From NCBI RefSeq assembly GCF_004010195.1, contig NC_057728.1:28077307-28141306 (forward strand): a stretch of 64,000 nt of DNA, read 5' to 3'. The DNA comes from Chiloscyllium plagiosum. Lineage: Eukaryota. The position numbers and the translations under genes were made by a program. Positions 13,391 through 26,270 of the stretch are shown here, in pieces. Position 1 is the stretch's first letter, and every line of letters starts with the position of its first letter. The notes below the pieces were generated by a model that did not search any database, was not told where the DNA came from, and worked only from the letters and a program-made list of their open reading frames with translations.

Positions 13391-14369
13391 GGGGAGCTAT
13401 TCATCATTCCAACATTTCTTTCATAGCACATATCTGTCGACTAAAGGTAAACCATATCCCCTTTTCACAGCAGTCAGGTCTGACAACCGCCTTGACAGCT
13501 TCTGCCAAGCCTTAAGTACATAAGATGAGTGTGATGTTCAAATTTAGGGAGGGCAGGGTGTCAGATGGCTGGGAGGGATAGGATGCCATGTAAGTAAGGT
13601 GCCAGTTGGGAGAGATGCCAGTAGGGGGACAGGTAGGTTTTCAAGATAAGATGGCAGGTGGACAGTGAGTAGGGTGCCAGATGAGTTGGATGCAAGTTAG
13701 GCAAGCTATCTGATGCAGGTCAGTGGGATGCTAGCTGCTTAAGGAGTAAAGTTCCAGATCAGTACAATGCACAGTGACAAGTTAGCTGTTGCAGTGTTTT
13801 GGGCAGGTTGAGTAGGATGAAGAAATCTGGTCAAGGAGGGGTTTAGTGGAGTTGCAGAGAGGTGGGTTGATCCTGTGGGGAGCAGCGCAGGGGGGCCAGG
13901 TCAGGTCAGGTAAGAGAAGCTGTTAGGTCAAATCTGGTCAGGTCTGGTGGAGGGTGTCCTATTAGCTTGTGGTACATCTAGGTGGGGGAAAGAGGGTTTG
14001 ATTCCTGGAGTGGAGCTGAGTGTTGGATCAGATCCGGCTGGTGGAAGGGAGATTGAGTTTGGGGCATGTAAGCAGCCTGGAGGAGGTGCAGTTGGGAGTG
14101 TGCAATGTACATAAAGAGCCTGTTTAAAACTTACTTACGAGTTAACCTGTGTATTTAATAGCCTCACTTTTTCTGAGTAACTATTTTACTTAATTTCATT
14201 GAAACCATCTGAAATCTCTGATTTAAATGGAGACTTCTGGAGAGTTTCAGACTAAGAGGATTGCTCAGCAGTATCTTAATTTCCCAGATAATTCCTTCAG
14301 AGTCTGCAGCAATGGGGATTCCACAGGGCCCCCATCTGCAATTCCCATTGATGCTGGAATAACAACTGT

Positions 14370-15385
14370 CTTAGAAAATGAACATAGCAGAACAGGCCCT
14401 TTGGCCCTCGATGTTGCACTGACCTGTAAACTATTCTCAGCTTGTCCCCCTACACTATCCCATCATCATCCATGTGCTCATCCAAGGATTGTTTAAATCT
14501 CCATAATGTGGCTGAGTTAACTATACTGGCAGGTAGGGCATTTCACGCCCTTACCACTCTCTGAGTAAAGAACCTGCCTCTGACATCTGTCTTAAATCTA
14601 TCATCCTTCGATTTGTAGTTATGCCCCCTCGTACAAGCTGACATCATCATCCTAGGAAAAAACTTTCACTGTCTACCCAATCTAATCCTCTGATCATCTA
14701 GTATGTCTCTAACAAATCCCCTCTTAGCCTTCTTCTTTCCAATGAGAACAGACCTAAGTCTCTCAGCCTTTCCTCATAAGACCTTCCCTCCAGACCAGGC
14801 AACATCCTCATAAATCTCCTCTTCACCTTTTCCAATGCTTCCACATCCTTCCCGAAATATGGCAACCAGAACTGTACACAATATTCCAAGTGTGGCTGCA
14901 CTAGCGGTACGTATAATTGCAGCATAATATTGCTGCTCCGGAACTCATTCCCCCTACAAATGAAACCTAACACACCGTATGCCTTCTTAACAGCACTATC
15001 ACCCTGGGTGTCAACTTTCAGGGATCTATGTACATGGACTCCAAGATCCCTCTGCACACCCACACTACCACGAATCTTTACATTGACCCAGTACACTGCT
15101 TTCCTGTTATTCTCCCCAAGTGAATCACCTCACATTCAGCTGCATTGAACTCCATTTGCCACCTTTCAGCCCAATCCTGCAGTTTATCTAAGTCCCCTGC
15201 AACCTGCAATATTTTTCCCCAATGTCCACTACTCCACTAACTTTAGTGTCATCTGCAAATTTACTAATCCATCCACCTATGCCTGTGTTTAAGTCATTTA
15301 TAAAAATGACAAACAGTAGTGGTCCCAAAACAGATCCTTGTGCCATACCACTAGTAACCGGACTCCAGGCTGAATATTTTCCATA
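14370..15385 (-). mobile_element. CR1 LINE, 5'-truncated
   Basis: [17 protein letters not shown]...SKFADDTK; LEYCVQFW; LFSLERRRLRGDL; 3' UTR like the copy at 1-635. Confidence 0.9.
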
Positions 15386-15664
15386 GAAATATTGCCAGTA
15401 GAAAAGTTGGCCCACTGTTTTTGAATGCTTCTCCAATTTTTGTACAACTTTAATTGTAACAGTGACTGAGTGATAAATCTTTTAATACTGTATGATCCTG
15501 GAAGGTTTGTAACTGTTGATCAAAATGCAGGGGGTTACATTGGGTAGTAGTTCCCCCCAAAAATGGTGCAGGGATCACAATGTGTGAATAACTTACGTTT
15601 GTTGTTTGAAATGCAGAGCAGGCTCAATGGGCTGAATGGACTATTTTGTTCCTATTGTACTATT

Positions 15665-15997
15665 TGTAACAAGGTCAGCCAGGTGGACCTCAGAATATGA
15701 GTTCCCTGACTGGGGCTGTTTATCTGGTCCAATCAGGGAACCTTTGCTGACAGATATAAATATGAGTGTCACTCAGATGAACAGATGACTAGATAATTAT
15801 TTTGCCAGATGGTCTTATAATGGATGTATAGTTGTGCTCCATTGCTGATGGACAAATTGAGCCTAGCAAATATGATTCCTTGGTTGCTAAGGGGACTCTG
15901 AGAGCTGGCTCTGAGGAAACCGGACCAGTGTCAGTTATTGCACGTGTAATTGAAGGGTGACATGGTGACAAGGATACTGGCCTCTGAAGTTATTTCA
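15665..15997 (+). mobile_element. Probable solo LTR
   Basis: Begins TGTAAC and ends TTTCA; CCAAT (ggtccaatcagg) then TATAAA at ~15755; no convincing TSD found. Confidence 0.55.
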
Positions 15998-18085
15998 CCT
16001 ACATTATGATCCAACAGAGGAACTATGAACCAAAATGACCACGTTTACTGAATGTCATCCAATGATGGCATTATTAACAGAATTCTGTTTTCCATAACTT
16101 TTATTGCTATATAAATGCAAATATACACAAATTAAACATCAATTAATAGATTAAGATTGGTAGAAATTATAAATTAGACATGGAACAGTTGATAGGATAA
16201 ATACTATCTCTTGAGGTAAAAGCATTTTTGTCACTCTCTGTACAAATATGGCAATATGTGTAATCTCAGCCTTTCTAATTCTGCTTCTGAAACATACGAT
16301 GTCTCACTTATCTCAGTCAATGAAATTTTTTCCTTGAATCACCGACAATGATAGCTCCATTCCATCTGATTCCCAGGAGAGATTTGTCACTTTGATCACA
16401 CAATTGTGAAGAAACTCCTTAGTTGGGTTTATGAAGTTGTTGATGAGATGGATTCCCCAGTGTCTATTTATCTGACTCCATTAAGAGAACTCTTTATTTA
16501 TCTTCCCAATTACTACAAAACTGTAGCATAGCTATAAAAGCATCCATTTTACACTTTCTACTCTAAACCTACTTTCCACTTTTTGTCCTATTTAACTGTG
16601 TTACATATGAAGCTCCTTCTAGATGTTTTTTCTTCTCTCCCCTGCTATTATTTACAGTGGGAGCTCATTTGTCCACCGGCATCGTTGCTATTATACATTA
16701 CCTTCTTTCCTGTTGGTACTACTACTAGATCAAGGGTCGTCAGGTGACACAGACCAGTAATTTTTCTTAAGGAAATTATAACTGATTCCCATGCAAATGG
16801 TTAAAAGTCATTTCAGAACACTACTAAGACAAATAAGAGATACCACAAACATTTTAAATCAATTACTAATTTTCCTTACTGTACTATTTACAGATCATAG
16901 GTTTGCATATAATTTGCAATGTAATGGATTGATTTACACTTTGATTTAACATCCTGACATTTACTCAGCCTTTGAAGCACTCTTATAATATTCACTGGGT
17001 ACTGAACTATTGAGCCGTGAAGTCATACTTGAAAGTCTTGAATATACTCATGAATAAAAAAAATCAAGATTTCTCACTCTCCAAAGAAATTGGTCTCTCT
17101 TACCTTCGTATAACACTGTCAATCAAACACAGCCAATGAAGAACCGTTTAATATTGTCCAAATACACATGTAAGCATTGAAAATTTACTTCAAATAAGAT
17201 CCAGTTATTACAACATAAATGGCTGTAAAACAAATAAAGCAAGTAGTCCCCTTAGCAACTAGGGAATCATATTTGCTAGGCTCAGTTTGTCAGTCTGCAA
17301 TGCAGCACAACAGTACATTCATTATAAGACCTTCTGGCAAAACAACTATCTGGTCATCTGTTCATTTGAGTTCTATTATTAGTGATTTTTATTATTAATG
17401 ATTTTTCCAAGTTTATTTGGACAAGATTGATAGTTCCTTCAATGGAAATGTCGCTCACATTTTTAACATTTTTAGGATAACGTAAAGGAGCATTATCTTC
17501 ACAGAGCATGTTGAATGCCTGATATTTTAATAAAAATTCCAAATACTTGCAAAACATTAGATTGCTCATCAGAGTGGATACTGGGTGAGTGGATATAGTC
17601 AATGCAGGGAGTTATGGATCGTGGAAGTATCATGGGAAATATGGAGGATGAGGCATGTAGGGGTGAACACGGAACCTATGTTAGAGCATGGAAGAGGAAG
17701 AGGCATCTATGTTATTTGAAGGGGTAAGATATGAGGGGTAGAGGACACAATAACTATGAATTGAACTGGATAGATATCCAGTAAATTGAGAGAGGCCAGC
17801 TAACCCAGCAACCTCACCATTTTCCCACCTTTGTAGCTACCTGAGGGGTATCTCTGAACAAAGCGGCCCTGAGTGTAACCTCCACTCAACTTTTGGAATG
17901 AAAATTCTAAGTGATATGCTGACCTTTAAAAGTCAGGACCATGATGTCAAAAGATGGCTCAATTAACTGTTTCCAAACTGAAGATAAAAAAAACTGCTCC
18001 ATAGTCTCCGTTGCAACAGAAGTTCTGCCATATTTTACATTCATGAGTCTTATTCAGTCCTTTTTCCTGCTTTCTCCTGTTCCAG

Positions 18086-18220
18086 GTCGTCTATTTTTCT
18101 GCTACGTATCCTTATGTCATGCTGATAATTTTATTCTTCCGTGGAGTGACACTCCCAGGAGCTAAGGAAGGGATTTTGTTTTATATTACACCCAATTTCA
18201 ACAAGCTTTCAAACTCTCAA
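18086..18220 (+). CDS. slc6a1: SLC6A1-like exon (TM5, EL3)
   Basis: ttccAG / CAA|GTACGT; 135 nt; [45 protein letters not shown]. Confidence 0.95.
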
Positions 18221-18978
18221 GTACGTATAATGTGGATTTTCCATCTAACTATAGATATCTTTAATATGATAGATAGCTAGAGCAAAATTTAATAGTAGAG
18301 TAACCATTCATTGGATTTTCTGCTCAATTGCCCTTGGAATCAAATAAGAATGTTTAGATTCTTTTTCCTTCCTATGTTTATTTTATCAATTCCAGACTGG
18401 ACTCCAAAATTTAAGACTCCCTTAAATTCGGTAAAAGTTCAGCTGTGAATGAGTACTTTTTTTTAAAGGAGACTAAATTTGAAATTCACATATGGGCTAG
18501 TTTTGAAGTAAACTAATTACCTGTCTATTCCCCATTAAAGACTTCATGAACAGTTTAGATGGAAAGTGAAGCTTTCTCTACTTCTTTGTGATGATAGATT
18601 AAAATTTCCTTTGAATAACTAATGCAGTGAAACTATATAAATATTTTCTTGCTAAATGTGCTCACAATTATTTTGCTACATCTGACAGAGAAAGTAAATA
18701 TTTTCTTGAAATGTTGAGACTGTTATCTTCAAAGATAACCACTTTTGTTTTGAACCAATTGGAATGTGCATTGTGCAGAGCCAAAGTGGCTCAGAAAAGC
18801 CAAGTTTGGAATAAATTTTGTTGGTTTTGAATGAACAGAAGTTCTCCCTTAGGTACTACTTACTGCCACCCAGATCCCTCCCCTTCCCATTCCCCTCAGC
18901 AACCTTTCTGATTGCAACTCCAACTGCCCACTCCACTACCTTCAACATTAGTAGGTCTCAGTCACATTTGGAGCTTTA

Positions 18979-19762
18979 GAACATAGAACATAGAACATAG
19001 AAGAATACAGCGCAGTACAGGCCCTTTGGCCCTCGATGTTGCGCCGATCCAAGCCCACCTAACCTATACTAACCCACTATCCTCCATATACCTATCCAAT
19101 GCCCGCTTAAATGCCCATAAAGAGGGAGAGTCCACCACTGCTGCTCTCTAAACCTTCTTTTCTCTAGTGAAAACAGCCCCAGGTGCCTCAGTCTTTCCTC
19201 ATACGATTTTCCTTTCATACCAGGCAACATCCTGGTAAACCTCCTCTGCACCCGTTCCAGTGCCTCCACATCCTTCCTATAGTATGGCGACCAAAACTGC
19301 ACACAATATTCCAGATGCGGCCGCACCAGAGTCTTATACAACTGCAACATGACCTCAGTACTCCGGAACTCAATTCCTCTACCAATAAAAGCCAGTACGC
19401 CATATGCCTTCCTCACCGCAGTATTTACCTGGGTGGCAACTTTCAGAGATCTGTGTACATGGACACTAAGATCCCTCTGCTCATCCACACTACCAAGTAT
19501 CCGACCATTAGCCCAGTACCCCATCTTTTTGTTATTCTTCCCAAAGTGAATCACCTCACACTTAGCTACATTGAATTCCATTTGCCACCTTTCTGCCCAG
19601 CTCTGCAGCTTCTCTATATCCTGCTGTAACCTGCCACATCCTTCCTCACTGTCAACAACTCCTCCGACTTTCGTATCATCCGCAAACTTGCTCACCCAAC
19701 CTTCTAACCCCTCTTCCAGGTCATTTATAAAAATGACAAACAGCAATGGTCCCAAAACAGAG
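18979..19762 (-). mobile_element. CR1 LINE, young 5'-truncated copy with internal deletion
   Basis: 228-aa uninterrupted RT C-terminal ORF; (AGAACAT)n tail; close match to the reverse complement of 1-635; ~180 bp missing at ~19143. Confidence 0.93.
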
Positions 19763-19902
19763 CCTAAAAGTCACAGCCCGAATGACAATTGCCATCTTAG
19801 CCATATTAACACATTACCTTAAGTTATCTTCTTTGTAGACTTGTTTATGAATATATTTTGCTTTATGGAATTGTTTGAATCTAATCTCATCTATACACTT
19901 AA

Positions 19903-20040
<138 letters not shown>

Positions 20041-20743
20041 TAAAATATATACATTATTTTGATTAAGGATGAAATAAAGAACTGCGACCATTCCAGTAGG
20101 AATGCTTTCCAATTCACAACCTTTGATGTGACTGTGCCTCATGACATTATAATTTGATGGAGTTGGAACATCCTACCATATTGTTATGGAGTCCAGACAC
20201 AGCAAAATGGCCAGACAGACAGAAATTGGGCTTTCAATTTCTGCCAGGACAAAGTAAAAAGACTGATTGATCAGTCATTGTGATATTTGTAGCAGTTTAT
20301 TCTAAACTGCTTTTGGATTTGCACTGAAAACCAATTACTGCTATTGTTACAAACTTTACAGCACATTATTTACTCTGAGCCTGAGGAGATAAGTAATGCC
20401 TTCCCTTCAGATTAGAGGCTGACAGCCTTCATGGTAGAAATAATGATTCTGAGATCCCAGTGGCAAGCTATGAATACATACAAAGTGTATGCCAGAGACA
20501 AGGCTACAGCATTGTCATTCTGGTTTTCTGACAATTACTCCCTGTGACGGTAACTTCTCATGAGGAACGTGATTGTGAAATAACTTTTACATGATTGTAC
20601 TATAAATTTAAATTTGATAAATCGCTCCTTATATTTTTTTTAAAATACCCTATCATTTTGTTAAATAAATTTCCCTTCCCTATGTTAGTGAGAAAGTTGA
20701 TGAAAGTTTGATTTCTTTCCTAAAGCAGAACTTATTGGTAGAA

Positions 20744-20970
20744 AATTAAAAATCACACAACACCAGGTTATAGTCCAACAGGTTTAATTGGAAGCACTAG
20801 CTTTCGGAACGTAGCTCCTTCATCAGGCCCCTTCATCAACCACCTGATGAAGGAACGACGCTCCGAAAGCTAGTGTGCTTCCAAGTAAACCTGTTGGACT
20901 ATAACCTGGTGTTGTGTGATTTTTATCTTTGTACACCCCAGTACAACACCAGCATCTCCAATTCATGACT
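20744..20970. mobile_element. Palindromic Penelope-derived element (family A) with 13-bp TSD and a hammerhead motif on each strand
   Basis: TSD CTTATTGGTAGAA at 20731-20743 and 20971-20983; inverted arms 20748-20827 and 20843-20924. Confidence 0.85.
20841..20875 (+). ncRNA. Minimal type-I hammerhead ribozyme motif (putative)
   Basis: CAC-CTGATGA-A-GGAacgacgcTCC-GAAA-GCTA-GTG: core CUGAUGA/GAAA, stem II GGA/TCC, palindromic AGCT stem III, stem I CAC/GTG, predicted cleavage after CUA (20872). Confidence 0.65.
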
Positions 20971-21414
20971 CTTATTGGTAGAATGAGTGCAAAGAAAAAA
21001 ATTCCAAATACTCACCTTGAGATTGTTCTCTAGTTTGTGGTTATGTTCATGGAATGATGTGTACATGGAGTACAGTCCTCACTGTCAGTTAAGATACCAG
21101 TGTAAATACCAAGATTTTATATGTGTGCCATATAACTAAAACAAAATAATTGTTTTTACCTAGTTGTTTTAATCAGCCTTCTCCAGTGCTATCAAAGTGC
21201 TAGCATATATCTAGTTCAGTTTACAACTCAGACTGTGTTCACACACACAAAAAAAATTGAGGTAGAAGTGTTTATTTTCCATATCACAGAGTATTTGTAA
21301 AACACTGGTAATAATATATTTTACAGTTACTTCACACTTTCATAAGTCATCTTCCAGATAATTGAATGTATCTTTCAGAAGATTGGCTCAAGAACAGATG
21401 AGACGATGTATAAA

Positions 21415-21545
21415 AGCAAAGTGTTGTGGTTGCTGGAGACCTAGAACAGAACAGGAAGTACTGGTGAAACTCAGCAGGTCTGGAAGCATCAATAGAGAGT
21501 AAACATAGCAACGTTTCCAGATTGATGTGACTTAATCGAAACTCG
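21415..21545 (-). mobile_element. Degenerate Penelope-derived short element (family D)
   Basis: aaagtgttgtggttgctggagacctagaac...gtactggtgaaactcagcaggtctggaagcatc...gcaacgtttcc. Confidence 0.5.
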
Positions 21546-21785
21546 GAGCAGGTTTACTGCTTGTTAATTGGAGCACAGAACACTGTATGAGCCAGGGAGT
21601 TCAAAAGCAAATAAGGGAAAAGCAATGAAAGATAACAGCAAGTTATTAAGGTGAAAATATGCCAAGGTCATTTTCCAAATCTATGAATGTTTGACAATTG
21701 GCTTTCTCGAAATCACATCTTAAGCAAGGTGAAAGTATTCATTCAAGAGATATGAATCAGTCTATGTACCTGCTTTACCTTCCAG

Positions 21786-21910
21786 GGATTGCCTCATAGT
21801 GTGCAGTATAAACTCCTGCACGAGTATATTTGCCGGACTAGTAATTTTCTCAGTCATTGGATTTATGTCTCACATCACAAAGAAACCAATAAATGAGCTG
21901 GCTTCATCAG
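21786..21910 (+). CDS. slc6a1: SLC6A1-like exon (TM7, EL4a)
   Basis: ttccAG / G|GTAAGA; 125 nt; [41 protein letters not shown](G). Confidence 0.95.
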
Positions 21911-22177
21911 GTAAGATGAGAACCTTAGAATCTAAGATATTTGATGCTACATTATGTCTCCCTTTAATGTTTAAAGCAAGTAGATTTTTAGGCATTTTAT
22001 AAACAGCATCTTTTGATATGGGGTGTGCAATCAAATAGATTACAGAAAAGCATTTAATAGATCATGAAGTACTTCCAGCTGCTATTGCTGCACGTGCCTT
22101 TTTTCAAGATTTATTTAATTTTCAATCATGATTGTTGGTACCATGATATATGGTAAATGAACAGCTATGAGCACATC

Positions 22178-22382
22178 AAAATAAAATATTGCAGATGCTG
22201 AAAATCTGAAATAAAAACAGAAAGTGCTGGTGAAACTCAACAGGTCTGGCATCATTTATAGAGAGAGAAAAACAAAGCTAATGTTTCATGTCCTGGATTG
22301 ACTTCTTCAGAAGAAGAGACATATCAAACTTGAAACATTTGATGCTGCCAGACCTGCTGAGTTTCTATTCAGTTTTTATTTG
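22178..22382. mobile_element. Palindromic Penelope-derived element (family D), decayed
   Basis: Arms gaaactcaacaggtctggcatca and gatgctgccagacctgctgagtttc; centre cttcttcagaagaag...ttgaaacatt. Confidence 0.6.
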
Positions 22383-23017
22383 AGATAGAAACATACAAGC
22401 AGCCTGCGATCACTCAACATTACAGCACCAGCATATCCTATCAGGGAAAGGGAGAAAGCGGAGTTATACCTTTGGTTGCTAACAATTATCATTACATTCT
22501 TAAGATTTTATCATCACCATTAGGGCATTCTCCACTATTTAGAGCGATACTACCACAAGCCTAAGTGTGACAGACTAATGTCAGAGACAGTGTCCAGAAA
22601 TTGATATCCCAGACATGAATACCAAAGACTGGGCATCTAACAATTATTCTGAAACCATCACAATGTATCAACCAGTCCCTCCTTGATTGAATCAAACACT
22701 CACTGGGTCACTTTTCTGTCATTGGACCTGCATGATGCTGCTTCAAAAATCTAACCAGGACAACGGCTATTTAGTCACTCTACAGGTGCATGTAACCTGG
22801 TCCAGACAAGCAGAGTTTGGGAAAAGTCACTGGTCTGGGACTCAGGCATTTAGGGTTTTTGCTTCATTTTGTGACAAATGAATGGCCTTCCTGGAATTTA
22901 GAATCTTTATCACATTTTTTCATGGAATATATTACATTTAGTAATCATTCTTAATGTATTGATGCTTAAGAAAATCAGTTGATATGACTTTCTGATTCCA
23001 CTCCATTTATTATACAG

Positions 23018-23130
23018 GTCCTGGGCTGGCATTTCTTGCGTATCCAGAAGCTGTGACACAACTACATCCACCAGCACTATGGTCCATCCTCTTTTTCTCT
23101 ATGTTAATGATGCTTGGCCTTGATTCACAG
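23018..23130 (+). CDS. slc6a1: SLC6A1-like exon (EL4b, TM8)
   Basis: tacAG / CAG|GTTAGT; 113 nt; [37 protein letters not shown]. Confidence 0.95.
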
Positions 23131-23302
23131 GTTAGTATTGAAACATGAGAAAATTAAAATGATGATTCATGATATGATATCTGTGACATTGTCTCAAGCG
23201 CTAAAGGATCAAACCATAAGGAGTTGTATTAAATGAATTAATAAATAAAACAATTCCTCCCCTCCTTTCCTGACCTGGTTGGTTGGTGAATTGAATTTAT
23301 TG

Positions 23303-23490
23303 ATGTGTACAAAGTTAAAAATCACACAAACCAGATTATAGTCCAACAGATTTATTTGTAAGTACAAGCTTTTGGAGTGCTGCTCCTTTGTCAGGGAGTT
23401 AGTGGGGCAGGATCATAGGACATAAAATTTATCGTAAAAGATCAAAGTGTCATACAACTAATCCGATGTATTGAACAAACCTAGGTGGCC
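23303..23490 (-). mobile_element. Penelope terminal fragment (family A), decayed hammerhead
   Basis: gtacaaagttaaaaatcacacaaaccagattatagtccaacag...gcttttggagtgctgctcctttgtcagg is homologous to 20748-20827, with extra internal sequence beyond the motif. Confidence 0.7.
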
Positions 23491-23543
23491 ACTGCTGGAA
23501 CTACAGACCGTTCTTAAGTTGAAAAAGTGATTCCGCTGGGACT

Positions 23544-26270
23544 TAGAACATAGAACAGTACAGCACAGTACAAGCCCTTCGGCCCACGATGTTCTGTCAA
23601 GCATTTATCTTAATCTAAGGTCAACCTACACAGCCCTCAATTTACTGCTACCCATGTGCTTGTTCAGCAGTCACTTAAGTGTACGTAATGTCTCTGACTC
23701 CGCTACCACCACAGGCAGTGTATTCCATGCACCCACCACTCTCTGCATAAAGAATCTACCTCTGACATCTCCCAATACCTTCCTCCAATCACCTTAAAAT
23801 TATTACCTCTCTTGACAGCCATTTCTGCCCTGGGGAAATGTTTCTGGCTATCTACTCTAGCTATGCCTCTCATTACCTTGTACAAGTCACCTCTCTTCCT
23901 CCTCTGTCCAGTGTGAAAAGGCCTAGCTCACTCAACCTCTCTTCATAAGACAAGCCCTCTAATCCAGGCAGCATCCTGGTAAGTCTACTCTCTAAAGCAT
24001 CTACATCCTTGCTATAATGAGGTAACCAGAACTGGAGACAATATTCCAAGTGTGATCGAACCAGGGTTTTATAGAGCTGCAGCAAAACCTCGTGGCTCTT
24101 AAACTCAATCCCCCTGTTAATGAAAGCCAAAGTACCATATGCCTTCTTAACAACTCTACCAACTTGAGTCGCAGCTTTGAAGGTCTATGTACATGGACCC
24201 CAAGATCCCGCTGTTCCTTCACACTGCCAAGAATCCTGTCTTTATCCCTGTATTCAGCATTCAAATTCGACCTTCCAAAATTAATCACTTCAAATTTATC
24301 AAGGTTGAACTCCACCTGCCACTTCTCAGCCCAGCTCTGCATCCTGTCAGTGTCTTGTTGTAGCCTGCAACAGCTCTCGACACTATCTACAACACCGCCG
24401 ATCTTTGTGTCATCAGCAAATTTACTAAACCACCCTTCTACTTCTTCATCCGAGTAATTTATAAAAACTACAAAGAGCAGAGATCCAAGAACAGACCCCT
24501 GCGAGACACCACTGGTCACCAATCTCCAGGTGGAATCATTTCCATCCACTACCACTCGCTGTCTTCTTTCGGCCAGCCAATTCTGTATCCAGTCATCCAA
24601 ATTTCCCTGTATCCTATACCTCCTAACCTTCTGAATGAGCCCACCATGGGGAACTTCATCAAATGCCTTACTGAAATCCATATTCACTACATCCACTGCA
24701 AGACCTTCGTCAACTTATCTCTTCACATCCTCAAACAACTCAATAAGGCTTGTGAGGCATGAACTGCTCCTCACAAAGCCATGTTGACTATCGATAATCA
24801 AATCATGTTTTTCCAAATAGTCATAAATCCTATCTCTCAGAGTTCTTTCCAGTACCTTGCTTACCACAGATGTATGGCTGACCAGTCTGTAATTCCCAGG
24901 GATTTCCCTATTCCCTGTCTTGAACAGAGGAACAACATTCATTTCCCTCCAATCAGCTGGTATTACTGTGGAGAATGAGGATACAAAGATCATCACCAGA
25001 GGAGCAGCAATCTCACTCCTTGCTTCCTGGAGTAACCTTGAAAATATCTGGTCTGGCCCTAGGGACTTATCTATTTTGATGCTTCCCAGAATTTCCAGCA
25101 CATCCACTTCCTTAATATTAATCTATTCAAACCTATTAACTGGTCCACAGTGTTTTCACTATCAATAAGGTCCCTCTTTCTAGTGAACATTGAAGCAAAA
25201 AACTCAGTTAAGGCTTCCCCACCTCTTCAGACTCGAGGCACAATTTCCCTCCACTATCCCTGATTGGCCCTATCCTCTCTCTGATCATTCTCTTATTCCT
25301 TGCGTAAGAATGCCTTTGGGTTTTCCCTAATCCTTCCTGCCAAGGCTTTTTTGTGCCCCTTCTGAGCTCTCCTCTGTCCATTTTTGAGTTCTTTCTTAGT
25401 CCCCTGTAATCCTTTAACATTGTGCCAGATCCTTGCTTCCTCAACCTTAAGTAAGCTTCCTTCTTCCTTTTGATGAGAAGCTCCTCTTCTCTTGTCATCC
25501 AAGCCTCCTTCACCTTATCATTTCTTGCCTATCTCAGTAGGACAAAGTTATCCAAAACTCTCAACAATAGCCTCCATATTTCTGTTGTGCATTTTCTGTA
25601 GAACTATTGTTCCCAATTTATACTCCACAGCTCCTGTCTAATAGCAGTATAATTTCCCCTTCCCCAATTAAATATCTTCCTGTATTGTCTGTTCCTATCC
25701 CTCTCCATGATTATGGAAAAGGTGAGGCAATTGTGGTCACTGTCACTGAAATGCTCTCCCACCGAGAGATCTGACATCTAGCCTGGCTCGTTGCTGAGCA
25801 CCAAATGCAATATGGCCTCCCCCCCCCAGTCGGCCTATTTACATATTGAGTCAGGAATCCCTCCTGGACACACCTGACAAAATTGGCTCCATCCAGGCTA
25901 TCTGCACTAAGGAGTTTCCAATCAATTTGGGGAAGTTGAAGTCACCCATAACGACAACTCTGTTACATCTGCACTTTCCAAGATCTGCTGTCCAATCTAT
26001 TCTTCCATCTCTCTGCTGCTGTTGGGGGGTCTATAGAAAACACCAAATAAACTGACAACTCCTTTCCTGTTACTGATTCCATACCGACTCAGTAGACAAA
26101 CCCTCATTAAAAACCTTCTTTTCCTCAGCTGTGATGCACTCTCTGATTAACAATGCTGTTTCCCCCTCCTCTTTGACACCCCCTCCCTGTTCTTTTTAAA
26201 AGATCTAAACACTGGACTATCCAGCAACCATTCCTGCACCTGTGAAATCTATGTCTCCGTTATGGCCACA
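23544..26270 (-). mobile_element. CR1 LINE, ~2.7 kb, most of ORF2 (endonuclease and RT), frameshifted
   Basis: KSLGPDQIF, PGNYRLVS, SQHGF, MDFSKAFD, QGSVLG, KFADDTK, LEYCLQFW; tail agaacatagaac at ~23545. Confidence 0.92.

Noticed and set aside
19069-19755. 228-aa open RT ORF as a possible domesticated gene
   Set aside because: It is a young 5'-truncated CR1 with its tail and an internal deletion; openness reflects recency
20744-20970. Reading the palindromic elements as MITEs or miRNA hairpins
   Set aside because: TSD lengths vary (11-15 bp), the arms are asymmetric, single-arm copies exist and a hammerhead core is conserved, which fits Penelope-type retrotransposition better
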